From: Candidatus Latescibacterota bacterium
Lineage (GTDB): Bacteria; Latescibacterota; UBA2968; UBA8231
Assembly: GCA_965248355.1 (NCBI GenBank)
Contig: OZ252098.1
Span: forward strand, 4,064,001-4,128,000
Length of the DNA: 64,000 bases
Direction: 5' to 3'
Shown: positions 50,924 to 60,367 of the stretch, one piece after another
Layout: the number at the start of each line of letters is the position of its first letter
Position numbering within the stretch: position 1 is the first letter of the stretch
Program-made: the position numbers and the translations under genes
The notes under the pieces: generated by a model
Database searches by the model: none
The model's input: the letters and a program-made list of their open reading frames with translations, nothing else
Told to the model about the DNA's origin: nothing

Positions 50924-52036
50924 ATGGCAGAGGTCATTCTGAAGGGGGTGCGCAAGGTCTTCGGCAAGGATGTCGTCGCCGTGGACGGCGCCGACATCCA
51001 CATCGAGGATCGGTCCTTCGTCGTCCTCGTCGGTCCCTCGGGATGCGGCAAGTCGACGACCCTGCGCATGGTGGCGGGCCTGGAGGAGATCACCGGGGGC
51101 GAGATCTACATCGACGGCACCCTTGTGAACGACATCCCCCCCAAGGACCGGGACATCGCCATGGTCTTTCAGAACTACGCCCTGTACCCGCACATGAGCG
51201 TCTACCAGAACATGGCCTTCGGCCTCAAGCTGCGGAAGTATCCCAAGCTGGAGATCGACGCCCGTGTGCGGGAGGCGGCGGAGATCCTTGGGATCGAGGA
51301 GCTCTTGGATCGGAAGCCCAGGGCCTTGTCGGGCGGCCAGCGCCAGCGCGTCGCCGTGGGCCGAGCCATCGTGCGCAAGCCCAAGGTGTTCCTCTTCGAC
51401 GAGCCCCTGTCGAATCTCGACGCCAAGCTGCGCGTGCAGATGCGCACCGAAATCAGCAAGCTCCACCGCCGCCTGGAAGCGACCATGCTCTACGTCACCC
51501 ACGATCAGACCGAGGCGATGACCATGGGAGACCGCATCGTGGTGATGAAGGACGGCCGCATCCAGCAGAACGACTCTCCCCTGAACCTCTACAACTTCCC
51601 GGCCAACCAGTTCGTGGCCGGCTTCATCGGGAGTCCGTCGATGAACTTCTTCCGGGGCCTGCTGACCAACGGCGGCGAGGGCCTTGTCTTCGACGAGGGA
51701 AGGATTCGGTTGCCGCTCCCCGAATCCCACGCCGACGGTTTGCTCGACCACGCCGGCCAGGAGGTGGTCCTCGGCATCCGCCCCGAGGACATCCACGACC
51801 CGGAGACCATGGGGCCGGGCGTCGACACGGTCGAGATCGAGGCGACCGTCGAAGTCGTGGAACCCATGGGCAACGAGGTGTTCATCTACCTGACCACGGG
51901 GCGCTCCTCTTTCGTGGCCCGTGTCGATCCCCTGCACGTCCCCGCCGTGGAGCAGAGGATCCGCCTGGCCGTGGAGATCGGCAAGGCCCACTACTTCGAT
52001 CGGGAGACCGAGATCAGTCTCCTGACCCGGAACTGA
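50924..52036 (+). CDS. Carbohydrate ABC transporter ATPase (MalK/MsmX/UgpC family)
   Basis: GPSGCGKST, VFQNYALYPHM, LSGGQRQR, DEPLSNLDAKLR, FIGSP, TOBE tail. Confidence 0.93.
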   Translation: MAEVILKGVRKVFGKDVVAVDGADIHIEDRSFVVLVGPSGCGKSTTLRMVAGLEEITGGEIYIDGTLVNDIPPKDRDIAMVFQNYALYPHMSVYQNMAFGLKLRKYPKLEIDARVREAAEILGIEELLDRKPRALSGGQRQRVAVGRAIVRKPKVFLFDEPLSNLDAKLRVQMRTEISKLHRRLEATMLYVTHDQTEAMTMGDRIVVMKDGRIQQNDSPLNLYNFPANQFVAGFIGSPSMNFFRGLLTNGGEGLVFDEGRIRLPLPESHADGLLDHAGQEVVLGIRPEDIHDPETMGPGVDTVEIEATVEVVEPMGNEVFIYLTTGRSSFVARVDPLHVPAVEQRIRLAVEIGKAHYFDRETEISLLTRN

Positions 52037-52049
52037 CCCCCCAGGCCGC

Positions 52050-53144
52050 GTGCTCGATCGGGTCACCGGCCAGGAGCGAGCCAAGGCCCAGATCGGCGCC
52101 TGGCTGGCCTCCGGGCGTCTCCCCCACGCCATTCTGATCACCGGACGGGAGGGCGCCGGCAAGCGGGGTCTGGCCATGGAGCTGGCCCGGGCGGTCCTCT
52201 GCGGCCGGAGCGGGCCGGCCGGCGGCTGCGGCGACTGCCCGACCTGCCTCCGGATCGATCGTCTGACCAGTCCCAACCTGCAGGTCCTGCTCCCCATGCC
52301 CACCGGCGCGGGGCGCAAGGAGAGCGACGCCGAGCAGTTCGCCGCGCTCCGGGAGACGGCACTCGACTACCTCCAGGGCGGCAGGGCGCTGCGCACGGCA
52401 GGCAACATCCGCAAGGAGCACCTGGTGTTCCTTCAGCGCGAGATGGCCTTTGCTCCGGCGCCGGGGTCCTCGAGGCGCGTGGCCGTCATCTTCGAGGCGG
52501 ATCGCATGCAGGCCGCTGGGGCCAACTCGCTGCTCAAGACCCTCGAGGAACCCTCGCGCCACGCCCTCTTCCTGTTGGTGGCCCAGACGGCGGAGCGCCT
52601 GCTGCCCACGGTGGTCTCCCGGTGCCAGCGACTGCCTCTGCGGCCCTTGAAGGCCGCCGAGGTCCAGGACGAGTTGCGGGCCTCCGGGGCGGCGGTCGGG
52701 CGAGCGGCTCTGGCCGGACGCCTGGCAGCCGGAGGCCCCATCCGTCCGGCGGCGGTGGCCGAGGAGTCCTTCGACACCCTGCGCGACGTGGCGGAACGTT
52801 TCATCGACTCCGGGCTGTGCGGTCGCGAGGAGGACTACTGGATCCTGCTGGAGGATCTCGGCGGGAGGCCGGACAAGGAGCGGATGGAGGGATTCCTGGA
52901 GGTGTGCTCCACGTACCTGCGGGACGTGCTGTTGGTGCAGGGAGACCGCGGCCACTCGGTGGCTCACAGCGATCGCGCCGGCCTGCTCGATGGCTGGAGC
53001 GGCCGAGTCTCCGGGCCCGCTCTCGACCACCTGGCGCGTACCGTGGATGCCGCTTACGAAGCTCTCGGCCGAAACGTGAGCCCACAACTGCTGCTGGCCG
53101 ATCTCTGGCATCAGCTGCGTCGTTCCGGGGCCTCGGCCGAGTGA
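52050..53144 (+). CDS. holB: DNA polymerase III delta-prime subunit
   Basis: PHAIL..G..G.GK, C..CGDCPTC zinc site, ANSLLKTLEEP, LLPTVVSRCQ. Confidence 0.9.
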   Translation: MLDRVTGQERAKAQIGAWLASGRLPHAILITGREGAGKRGLAMELARAVLCGRSGPAGGCGDCPTCLRIDRLTSPNLQVLLPMPTGAGRKESDAEQFAALRETALDYLQGGRALRTAGNIRKEHLVFLQREMAFAPAPGSSRRVAVIFEADRMQAAGANSLLKTLEEPSRHALFLLVAQTAERLLPTVVSRCQRLPLRPLKAAEVQDELRASGAAVGRAALAGRLAAGGPIRPAAVAEESFDTLRDVAERFIDSGLCGREEDYWILLEDLGGRPDKERMEGFLEVCSTYLRDVLLVQGDRGHSVAHSDRAGLLDGWSGRVSGPALDHLARTVDAAYEALGRNVSPQLLLADLWHQLRRSGASAE

Positions 53145-53986
53145 GGGGGCCTCCCGCGACGCGGCTCCGGCCCCGGAAGCGCTTCGGTCAGCACTTTCTG
53201 ATCGACGCCGAGGCTCGGGCGGCCATCGCCGATCTCGTCCAGCCGGGGCCCGAGGACGTCGTCCTGGAGATCGGTCCGGGGCGGGGAGCGCTCACGGCGC
53301 CCCTGCTGGACCGCCTCGAGCGTCTCGTGGCCGTGGAGATCGATCGCGGCCTCGCCGGCCACCTGCGGGCCCGGTTTCCGGACCCGCCTCTCCGCCTCAT
53401 CGAGGGGGACGTCCTCCGGCTCGACTTGGCGGCCCTGCCCTGCGAAGAGGGGCGACGGAACCTGTTCGTCGTCGGGAACCTGCCGTACGACATCACGGCG
53501 CCCGTCCTGTTCCGGCTCCGGGAGCTTGCCGGCACGGTGCGCCGAGCCGTTCTCACCCTTCAGAAGGAGGTCGCCCAGCGGCTCGTGGCGTCCCCGGGAT
53601 CACGCCGCTACGGCCAGCTCACCGTGATGCTGAGCCAGTGCGCCAGGATCGACCTGGCCCGGGAGATCCCTCCCACGGCCTTTCGGCCCGTGCCGCGGGT
53701 CGACTCCGCCGTGGTCGACATCCACTTCGTTCCCGACCGCGTCGCCGTGGTCGACCTGCGGCGCTTCGAGCAGATCGTCAAGACCGCCTTTGCTCAGCGC
53801 CGGAAGATGCTCCGCAACGCCTTGATGACCCTTCGATGGCCCCCTCCACAGGACGGCCCCATGGGGCCCGCCGCGCTGGCGGCCCTGGCCGAGCGTGCCC
53901 GGATCGACCTGACCCGGCGGGCCGAGAACCTGACGGTGGAGGACTACGCCCGTCTGACCCGGGCCTGGATGGAGGCCGCGCCGTGA
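53141..53986 (+). CDS. rsmA: 16S rRNA m6,2A1518/1519 dimethyltransferase
   Basis: RKRFGQHFL, LEIGPGRGALT, GNLPY, QKEVA, FRPVPRVDS, FAQRRKMLRN. Confidence 0.95.
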   Translation: MRGPPATRLRPRKRFGQHFLIDAEARAAIADLVQPGPEDVVLEIGPGRGALTAPLLDRLERLVAVEIDRGLAGHLRARFPDPPLRLIEGDVLRLDLAALPCEEGRRNLFVVGNLPYDITAPVLFRLRELAGTVRRAVLTLQKEVAQRLVASPGSRRYGQLTVMLSQCARIDLAREIPPTAFRPVPRVDSAVVDIHFVPDRVAVVDLRRFEQIVKTAFAQRRKMLRNALMTLRWPPPQDGPMGPAALAALAERARIDLTRRAENLTVEDYARLTRAWMEAAP

Positions 53987-55878
53987 GGCTTCTGTTGGTG
54001 CCGGTCGCCCTGGTGGTTCTGTCCTCCGATGGCTGGAGCCAGACCTATTCCCTGAGGTTCAGCAAGGCGGCCGACCGAATGACCTGGACGCCGTCCTTCC
54101 CCGGCTGGAGCTTCTCCGCGCCGGTGACCCTGGCGGCGGGGGATACGACCGCCCAGCTGCGCATGAACGCGTCCGCGTCGATGACCTCCTGGCTGGACCG
54201 CGGCCACATCTGGCAGGAATCGGCCGGCATTCGCACCTCGGTGCTGTACCCGATCCTCGGACCCCGGGCCGCCATCGGCATCAATGCCAGCATGTCCAGC
54301 CGCAACGCCGGGCTGCAGCGGCAGCGGACGCGCAACCAGTCGGTGGGCTTTCGCTTTGAGTACAGCCCCCTGACGGAGAGCGAAGGGGTTTTCGAGAACC
54401 TGCGGTTCAACGTCGTTCCGGGGTTGGTCTCGGCGAGGCGCGCGAGTCCGGTGAATCCGGACAGCCTCATCGAGGAGACGGGCCTTCAGTACACGGGTTC
54501 GCTCAACACATCGCCTGTCTTCGAGGTAGGGGGCCGCAAGCTCAGCACGAGCCTGTCCGTGAACAAGTCGGACAATACCCTGGCGATCAACAAGAGCCGC
54601 AGCGAAAGCGTGCGCATGAACGCCGCCTACACCTTCCCCGGCAATGCCCGCACCAGTCTCTCCCTGAGCGAGAGACGTTCGCAGTCCGGCGTCTCCCGTC
54701 CGGTCGGCGACGGATCGCAGGCCTCGGTCGTGGCCGAGCTCAACGAAGGCCGCAGCACCGGTCTGTCCTCTTCCCTGACCTTCAAACTCTTCGGATTCGA
54801 CGTGAAGGGAAACCAGAGCTGGTCGCGGGGGTCGAACACGAATACGGCCAATGCCGAGGACGATCCGAGGAACCGCTTCTACGCGCGGGACCGGAAGAAC
54901 GAGAGGTGGAACCTGAACGGCAGGGCCAGCGGCCGGCTGAGCGAGTCCCTCGTGGGCAACATGAAAGTGGAGTGGTCCATGACCGACGAGCGTCGCCTGC
55001 CGGTGCTGCTGTCCTCGGGGGCGGTCTACCGGGATCCGGAGGACGACCGGGAGAACCACGATCTGAACATCGCCGGATCCCTGGACTGGCAAATGGACGA
55101 GGATCGCAAGGTCCGGTTGTCCGCATCGACCGACATGCACCGCCTGGACAACCCCGGCGCTCCCGCCCAGGACCGGGATCAATTCAACCGCAGCCTCTCC
55201 CTCTCCCTGAGCGGCGATCGTCCAAGCGGGTTGCGCTACGACGCCAGCCTGTCGTCCAACCTGTCGCACCGGATCAACCTTCACGCCACACGGGCCGGCG
55301 ACAATCAGCGCAACCTCGCTCTGCGGCTGGCCATGGGAACCAACTACGAACGCATGGAACTCAAACTCACCCACCGGTTTGAAATCTCCGCGCGTCGGAC
55401 TATCTTCGATTTCGATCGCCAGCTGAACCCCGACTCCGTCGGCCGGCGCAGCGCCATCCGCCGCAGCTGGAGAATGACCCACAGGGTCAAGCGGTCTCTG
55501 TTCAATTCCCTGAGCCTCAGCACGGATTACACCTACTCGGCCGATGACCAGGGCACCCTGCTGGTGGAAGAGGATGCCCAGATCGTCGAGGAGGAGAAGA
55601 ACGACCACAGCGCGGGGTTCGGCATGAGCTATCGTCCGGCCGAAACAGTGTCCATGACCATGAGCTACAAGGTCCGGCTGCGGCGAGTGTGGGACGTACT
55701 CTATCAGCGCGACGAGGTCGAACGCGACCTGTCCTACCGCAACCCTCACCGGACCTTGAGTCTCAGCTTCAACTACAAACCGGCCGGCTATAGCGGTCTG
55801 AGCTCATCCTTCAGCCGCTCGAGGCAGCGCAGCGGCACCTTCGACAGGCTGTCCCTCACCCTCACCCGGACTTTCTGA
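53983..55878 (+). CDS. Uncharacterised outer-membrane beta-barrel protein
   Basis: Signal peptide, many alternating S/T-hydrophobic strands, C-terminal beta-signal [15 protein letters not shown] overlap with rsmA. Confidence 0.7.
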   Translation: MRLLLVPVALVVLSSDGWSQTYSLRFSKAADRMTWTPSFPGWSFSAPVTLAAGDTTAQLRMNASASMTSWLDRGHIWQESAGIRTSVLYPILGPRAAIGINASMSSRNAGLQRQRTRNQSVGFRFEYSPLTESEGVFENLRFNVVPGLVSARRASPVNPDSLIEETGLQYTGSLNTSPVFEVGGRKLSTSLSVNKSDNTLAINKSRSESVRMNAAYTFPGNARTSLSLSERRSQSGVSRPVGDGSQASVVAELNEGRSTGLSSSLTFKLFGFDVKGNQSWSRGSNTNTANAEDDPRNRFYARDRKNERWNLNGRASGRLSESLVGNMKVEWSMTDERRLPVLLSSGAVYRDPEDDRENHDLNIAGSLDWQMDEDRKVRLSASTDMHRLDNPGAPAQDRDQFNRSLSLSLSGDRPSGLRYDASLSSNLSHRINLHATRAGDNQRNLALRLAMGTNYERMELKLTHRFEISARRTIFDFDRQLNPDSVGRRSAIRRSWRMTHRVKRSLFNSLSLSTDYTYSADDQGTLLVEEDAQIVEEEKNDHSAGFGMSYRPAETVSMTMSYKVRLRRVWDVLYQRDEVERDLSYRNPHRTLSLSFNYKPAGYSGLSSSFSRSRQRSGTFDRLSLTLTRTF

Positions 55879-55912
55879 CCGCGGCGCCGGTCAGGCGCGC
55901 AGGAGCCCTTTC

Positions 55913-56836
55913 ATGCCCCCCATGCCCAAATCCGAGCAGATCTGGTTCAACGGGGAGTTCCTGCCCTGGGAAGAGGCCCGCATCCACGTCCTGTCCCACG
56001 TGGTGCACTACGGTTCCTCCGTCTTCGAGGGGATCCGGTGCTATGCCACGACGAAGGGGCCGGCGGTCTTTCGCCTGCAGGATCACGTGGCCCGGCTCTT
56101 CGACTCGGCCAAGATCTACCGCATGGAGATTCCCTACGACCGCGATCAGGTGTCGGCGGCGATCCTGGAGACGATCCGGGTCAACCAGCTGCAGGCCTGC
56201 TACATCCGGCCCGTTGTCTTCCGCGGCTACGGTTCCCTCGGCGTCGATCCCCTGTCCTGCCCGGTGGACACGGTCATCGCCGTCTGGGAATGGGGGGAAT
56301 ACCTCGGCGAGGAGGCCCTGAAGCGGGGCGTCTCGGTCTGCACGTCGTCGTGGAACCGCTCGGCGCCCAACACCATGCCCAATCTCGCCAAGGCCGGGGG
56401 GAATTACCTCAACTCCCAGCTGGTGCGCATGGAGGCCAATGCCAACGGCTATGACGAGGGGATCGTCCTGGGTACCGACGGCCTGGTCAGCGAGGGCAGC
56501 GGGGAGAACGTCTTTCTGGTGAAAGGCGGCACGATCCACACCCCCGCCTCCCACCATTCCCTCCTGCCGGGCATCACCCGCCACACGGCCATCACCTTGG
56601 CCGGAGACCTGGGCCTGGAGGTCCAGTCCGGCGCCATCCCCCGCGAACTCCTCTACATCGCCGACGAGGTGTTCTTCACGGGGACCGCGGCGGAGATTTC
56701 CCCGGTTCGCGCCATCGACAAGATCCCCATCGGCTCGGGCACCCGGGGTCCGGTGACCGAGCGCCTGCAGGCCCGGTTCTTTCAGACCATCAACGCCGAG
56801 GTGGACGATCGCCACGGCTGGCTCACCTTCGTATAG
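55913..56836 (+). CDS. ilvE: Branched-chain amino acid aminotransferase
   Basis: [43 protein letters not shown]. Confidence 0.96.
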   Translation: MPPMPKSEQIWFNGEFLPWEEARIHVLSHVVHYGSSVFEGIRCYATTKGPAVFRLQDHVARLFDSAKIYRMEIPYDRDQVSAAILETIRVNQLQACYIRPVVFRGYGSLGVDPLSCPVDTVIAVWEWGEYLGEEALKRGVSVCTSSWNRSAPNTMPNLAKAGGNYLNSQLVRMEANANGYDEGIVLGTDGLVSEGSGENVFLVKGGTIHTPASHHSLLPGITRHTAITLAGDLGLEVQSGAIPRELLYIADEVFFTGTAAEISPVRAIDKIPIGSGTRGPVTERLQARFFQTINAEVDDRHGWLTFV

Positions 56837-56993
56837 GGGGCATCGAGGTCCCCCCCGGCCTCCCGCGGGACCTCCCTTCGTATCTGCAAAGCCATCAAGA
56901 TCAACAGCTTACGACAGGACCTCGGCAAGGGGTTCGCTGAGCTCCGGCCATGACGGAGCCCTCGCGGGCAGCAGGGGGATCCGCATGCAGTGT

Positions 56994-57022
56994 TTGGAAA
57001 CTTGCGATCTGCGCCGTAATAT
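56994..57022 (+). promoter_or_regulatory. Putative promoter of the TBDT operon
   Basis: TTGGAA, 17 nt, TAATAT; about 160-nt leader; GGAGG RBS. Confidence 0.5.
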
Positions 57023-57188
57023 TCGGTCGTCCTGTCGCAGGAACGGGTGCTCCAGTGACGCCCGCCCGGCCGTCGCCCGTTGCGTCGACAAAGGCGACGC
57101 CAGGATCGCAGCGGTCCGTCAGCGAGGAGGCAACCGGTCAGGCCCCGGCGATTGGGATTTCTCGTCTCTCTGCAGGGAGGAGTGACCG

Positions 57189-60100
57189 ATGGACCGGAAG
57201 ATGCACTGGCACGTGGCGCTCGTCGCGGCGTGCATGCTCGCCGTTGCCGTATCACCCGCGAGGGCGGGCGACGGCAAGCTCAGCGGTACCGTCAAGGACA
57301 AACAGAGCGGTGACGCTCTCATCCGCGCCAGCGTTGTCCTTGAGGGCACCGAGTTGGGCACGGTGACCGACAAGGACGGCCGTTTCTTCATCCTCAACGT
57401 GGCCCCGGGCACTTACAGCGTGCGGGCCAGCTACGTCGGCTATGCGCCAGTCGTCGTCAAGGGCGTGCGCGTCTCCGCCGACCTGACGACGGAGGTGGAG
57501 GTGCGGGCTTCCACCGAGGCGGTCCAGGCCGGCGTCGTCGTGATCGAGGCCGAGCGCCCGATCATCGACAAGAACGCCACCAACGCGGTGCGCATCGTCG
57601 CCGCGGAGGACCTGGAGATCCTGCCCTTCCGCGGCGTGGGCAACCTGCTGACGCTGCAGGCCGGCGTCGTCGAGGACGAGGGAGCCCTGCACATCCGTGG
57701 CTCCCGCTCCGACGAGATCGCCTATTACGTCGAAGGCGCCAGCGTGCGCAACGTGGTCACCGGCGGCCGGGCGGTGAGTCTCATCGACGAGGCCCTGGAG
57801 GAGATCCAGCTGCACGCCGGCGGGTTCAACGCCGAGTACGGCGGCGCCAACGCCGGCGTCGTCCTGCAGGAGATGCGCACCGGGTCGAGGGACCTGCGGA
57901 TCACGCTGCTCTCCGAGACCGACAACTTCGCCTCCGATGGGGAGCAGTTCCTCGACACGTACTCCTATGGATACAGCAACCAGGTGCTGACGCTGCAGGG
58001 CTCGGTGGCGGGCAACGAACGCATCCGGTTCTTCCTCGCCAGCCAGCGGGTCTCCGTCGGTTCGCCGGCCGTGTTCTGGGACGGCATCAGCTTCGAGCAT
58101 GGCGTGGACGGCGTCGACCTGACCGACACGGGCGACCGCGGCGGCCGCGTCCACTGGACCGACACGGACGGAGACGGCCAGCCCGACCCGGACGTCCTGG
58201 AGAGCCTGGAGCTCCAGCCGGGGAACCTCGAGCATTCCGGCGCCGGGGCACTCGACTTCAACGGCACCCTGCTCTTCGACTGGGAGCGGGTCAAGTTCCA
58301 GTTGACCGGACTGTATTCCAAGGGTTCGCGGGAATACAATGAGGCGCCGATCCGCAACATGCTGAACACGGGCCGCCTGCCCGAGGCCGATCAGAGCTCG
58401 AGCCTGGTCAACTTCAGGGCCACCCATTTGCTCGATCCCAGCATGTTCTACGAGGTCAATGTCAGCCGCTACGATCAGGCGCGGGAGATCTACGATTCGG
58501 TCTTCAAGGGCCACTGGTGGGTCTACAACGACAGCTTCTCCGTGGCCGGCGCCGGCGAGGACTTTACGACCTACAGTTCCGTGGGCACCAATCCGAACCC
58601 CATGGACATATCCGGGTTCCCCTTCAACCGGCCGGGGACACCCACCTCCCTGGGCGGCAGCGACCGCGCCAGTGTCTACCTGGACGAGAGGGATGACTAC
58701 TGGGGGCTGGGCGCGAGTCTGACCAAGCAGACGGACAATCACGCCCTCAAGGTCGGGATCGACTACCAGGCCTGGACCACCCGCCGCTACCAGGCGATCC
58801 TCAACTCCGTGCGCGCCGCCATCGCCCGGACCTACCCGAAGCTCGACGCCGTGTACGACCGCTACTACGAGGGGGAGATCGAGCAGGGCGACATCCTCGA
58901 GGAGCTGATTCGCACGGCCCAGGGCAACGCCGAGGGCGAGGGCAACGAGGAGGAGTTCCAGGCGCTGTTGCGCAACACCATGCGCCACGATCACTTCGGC
59001 TACGACGTCTACGGCCGGGAGACGGAGGCCTCCGGACTGGAGGCGCCGCGCCGGCCGGTCCTGGGCGCCGCCTACATTCAGGACAAGATCGAGTACAATG
59101 ACCTGATCGTGAACGCCGGCCTGCGCATCGACTACTTCGACGTCGACAGCTGGCGCTTCAAGGACCAGGCCTCGCCGGTGCGGGACCCGAAGAACTACAC
59201 CATGGACCTGGCCTCCATGCAGAAGACCCGGACCTTCACCGAGATCAGCCCGCGCCTGGGCTTCTCCTTCCCCGTGTCGGACCGCACCGTGTTCCACGTC
59301 CAGTACGGCCGCTTCTCGCAGATGCCGGCCATGCGCAGCATGTTCACCGGCGGTGCCCAGCTGGCGCAGGAGCTCGGCGGCCAGAACTACATCCCGCAAC
59401 CCACGGCCTTCGACATCGAGCCCATGCGCACCACCCAGTACGAGATCGGCTTCGACCGCCAGTTCTCGGACGCGGCCTCCTTCGACATCACCGGATTCTA
59501 CCGCGATGTGAAGGGGCAGATCCAGATCGCCCGCCAGGAGATCGCCTCCACTGCGGTGAACGTCGAGTCCTTCAACTACCTGCAGAACGGGGATTTTGCC
59601 ACCACCAAGGGCCTGGAGTTCGTGTTCAAGCTCCGCCGCACGAACCGCCTGCGGTCGGAGTTCTATTACACACTGTCCGACGCCAGAGGCACGGGATCGA
59701 CGACGGCCTCCGCCGTTTCCGGCATCGAGAATGACAGCAATCTACCCACCATCATCTCGCCGCTGGACTTCAACGAGACCCATCGCGGGGCCCTGTTCCT
59801 CGACTACCGCTTCGCCAAGGGGGACGGCGGCGCGTTGCTCAGCCAACTCGGGACCAACGTCCTGTTCCGCTTCACGAGCGGTCACAACTTCACCTACTCC
59901 ACCGGCTCCCTCGGTCAGACGGGCGCCGAGGAGGGCGGTATCCTGAACGACTTCGACCCGCGCAACCGCAAGCCCCTCGAGTCGATCAACGCTTCGACGA
60001 CGCCATGGACCTTCCAGGTCGATCTGCGCGTCGACAAGGGGTTCGAGCTCATGGGCCTGGAGGCCAAGGTCTACACCTACGTCGAGAACCTGCTCAACCG

Positions 60101-60329
60101 CCGGAACATCATCAACGTCTACCAGCGCAGCGGCAGCGCCACGGATGACGGCTTCCTGGCCAACCCTAACCTCAGCAGCGAGATCATCTCCGCCAGTGGC
60201 GGCCTGTCCTACCAGCAGCTGTACGAGGCGATCAACATCACCAACCGCCAGCACTACTGGTTCAACGTGGGCGGGGATCTGTACGACGAGCCGCGGCAGA
60301 TCCGCTTCGGCATCCAGTTGGGTCTGTGA
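57189..60329 (+). CDS. TonB-dependent transporter with N-terminal carboxypeptidase-regulatory-like domain
   Basis: GKLSGTVKD...ASYVGY; plug HIRGSRSDE, GGFNAEYG; SPRLGFSFP; C-terminal PRQIRFGIQLGL. Confidence 0.92.
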   Translation: MDRKMHWHVALVAACMLAVAVSPARAGDGKLSGTVKDKQSGDALIRASVVLEGTELGTVTDKDGRFFILNVAPGTYSVRASYVGYAPVVVKGVRVSADLTTEVEVRASTEAVQAGVVVIEAERPIIDKNATNAVRIVAAEDLEILPFRGVGNLLTLQAGVVEDEGALHIRGSRSDEIAYYVEGASVRNVVTGGRAVSLIDEALEEIQLHAGGFNAEYGGANAGVVLQEMRTGSRDLRITLLSETDNFASDGEQFLDTYSYGYSNQVLTLQGSVAGNERIRFFLASQRVSVGSPAVFWDGISFEHGVDGVDLTDTGDRGGRVHWTDTDGDGQPDPDVLESLELQPGNLEHSGAGALDFNGTLLFDWERVKFQLTGLYSKGSREYNEAPIRNMLNTGRLPEADQSSSLVNFRATHLLDPSMFYEVNVSRYDQAREIYDSVFKGHWWVYNDSFSVAGAGEDFTTYSSVGTNPNPMDISGFPFNRPGTPTSLGGSDRASVYLDERDDYWGLGASLTKQTDNHALKVGIDYQAWTTRRYQAILNSVRAAIARTYPKLDAVYDRYYEGEIEQGDILEELIRTAQGNAEGEGNEEEFQALLRNTMRHDHFGYDVYGRETEASGLEAPRRPVLGAAYIQDKIEYNDLIVNAGLRIDYFDVDSWRFKDQASPVRDPKNYTMDLASMQKTRTFTEISPRLGFSFPVSDRTVFHVQYGRFSQMPAMRSMFTGGAQLAQELGGQNYIPQPTAFDIEPMRTTQYEIGFDRQFSDAASFDITGFYRDVKGQIQIARQEIASTAVNVESFNYLQNGDFATTKGLEFVFKLRRTNRLRSEFYYTLSDARGTGSTTASAVSGIENDSNLPTIISPLDFNETHRGALFLDYRFAKGDGGALLSQLGTNVLFRFTSGHNFTYSTGSLGQTGAEEGGILNDFDPRNRKPLESINASTTPWTFQVDLRVDKGFELMGLEAKVYTYVENLLNRRNIINVYQRSGSATDDGFLANPNLSSEIISASGGLSYQQLYEAINITNRQHYWFNVGGDLYDEPRQIRFGIQLGL

Positions 60330-60367
60330 GGCCGGCCATGTCCCCGCACGACAGAAAGAGGAGGCCC

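Noticed and set aside
57023..57188. Cobalamin/TPP/other riboswitch in the TBDT leader
   Set aside because: No recognisable conserved riboswitch boxes by eye; an Rfam scan would settle it.
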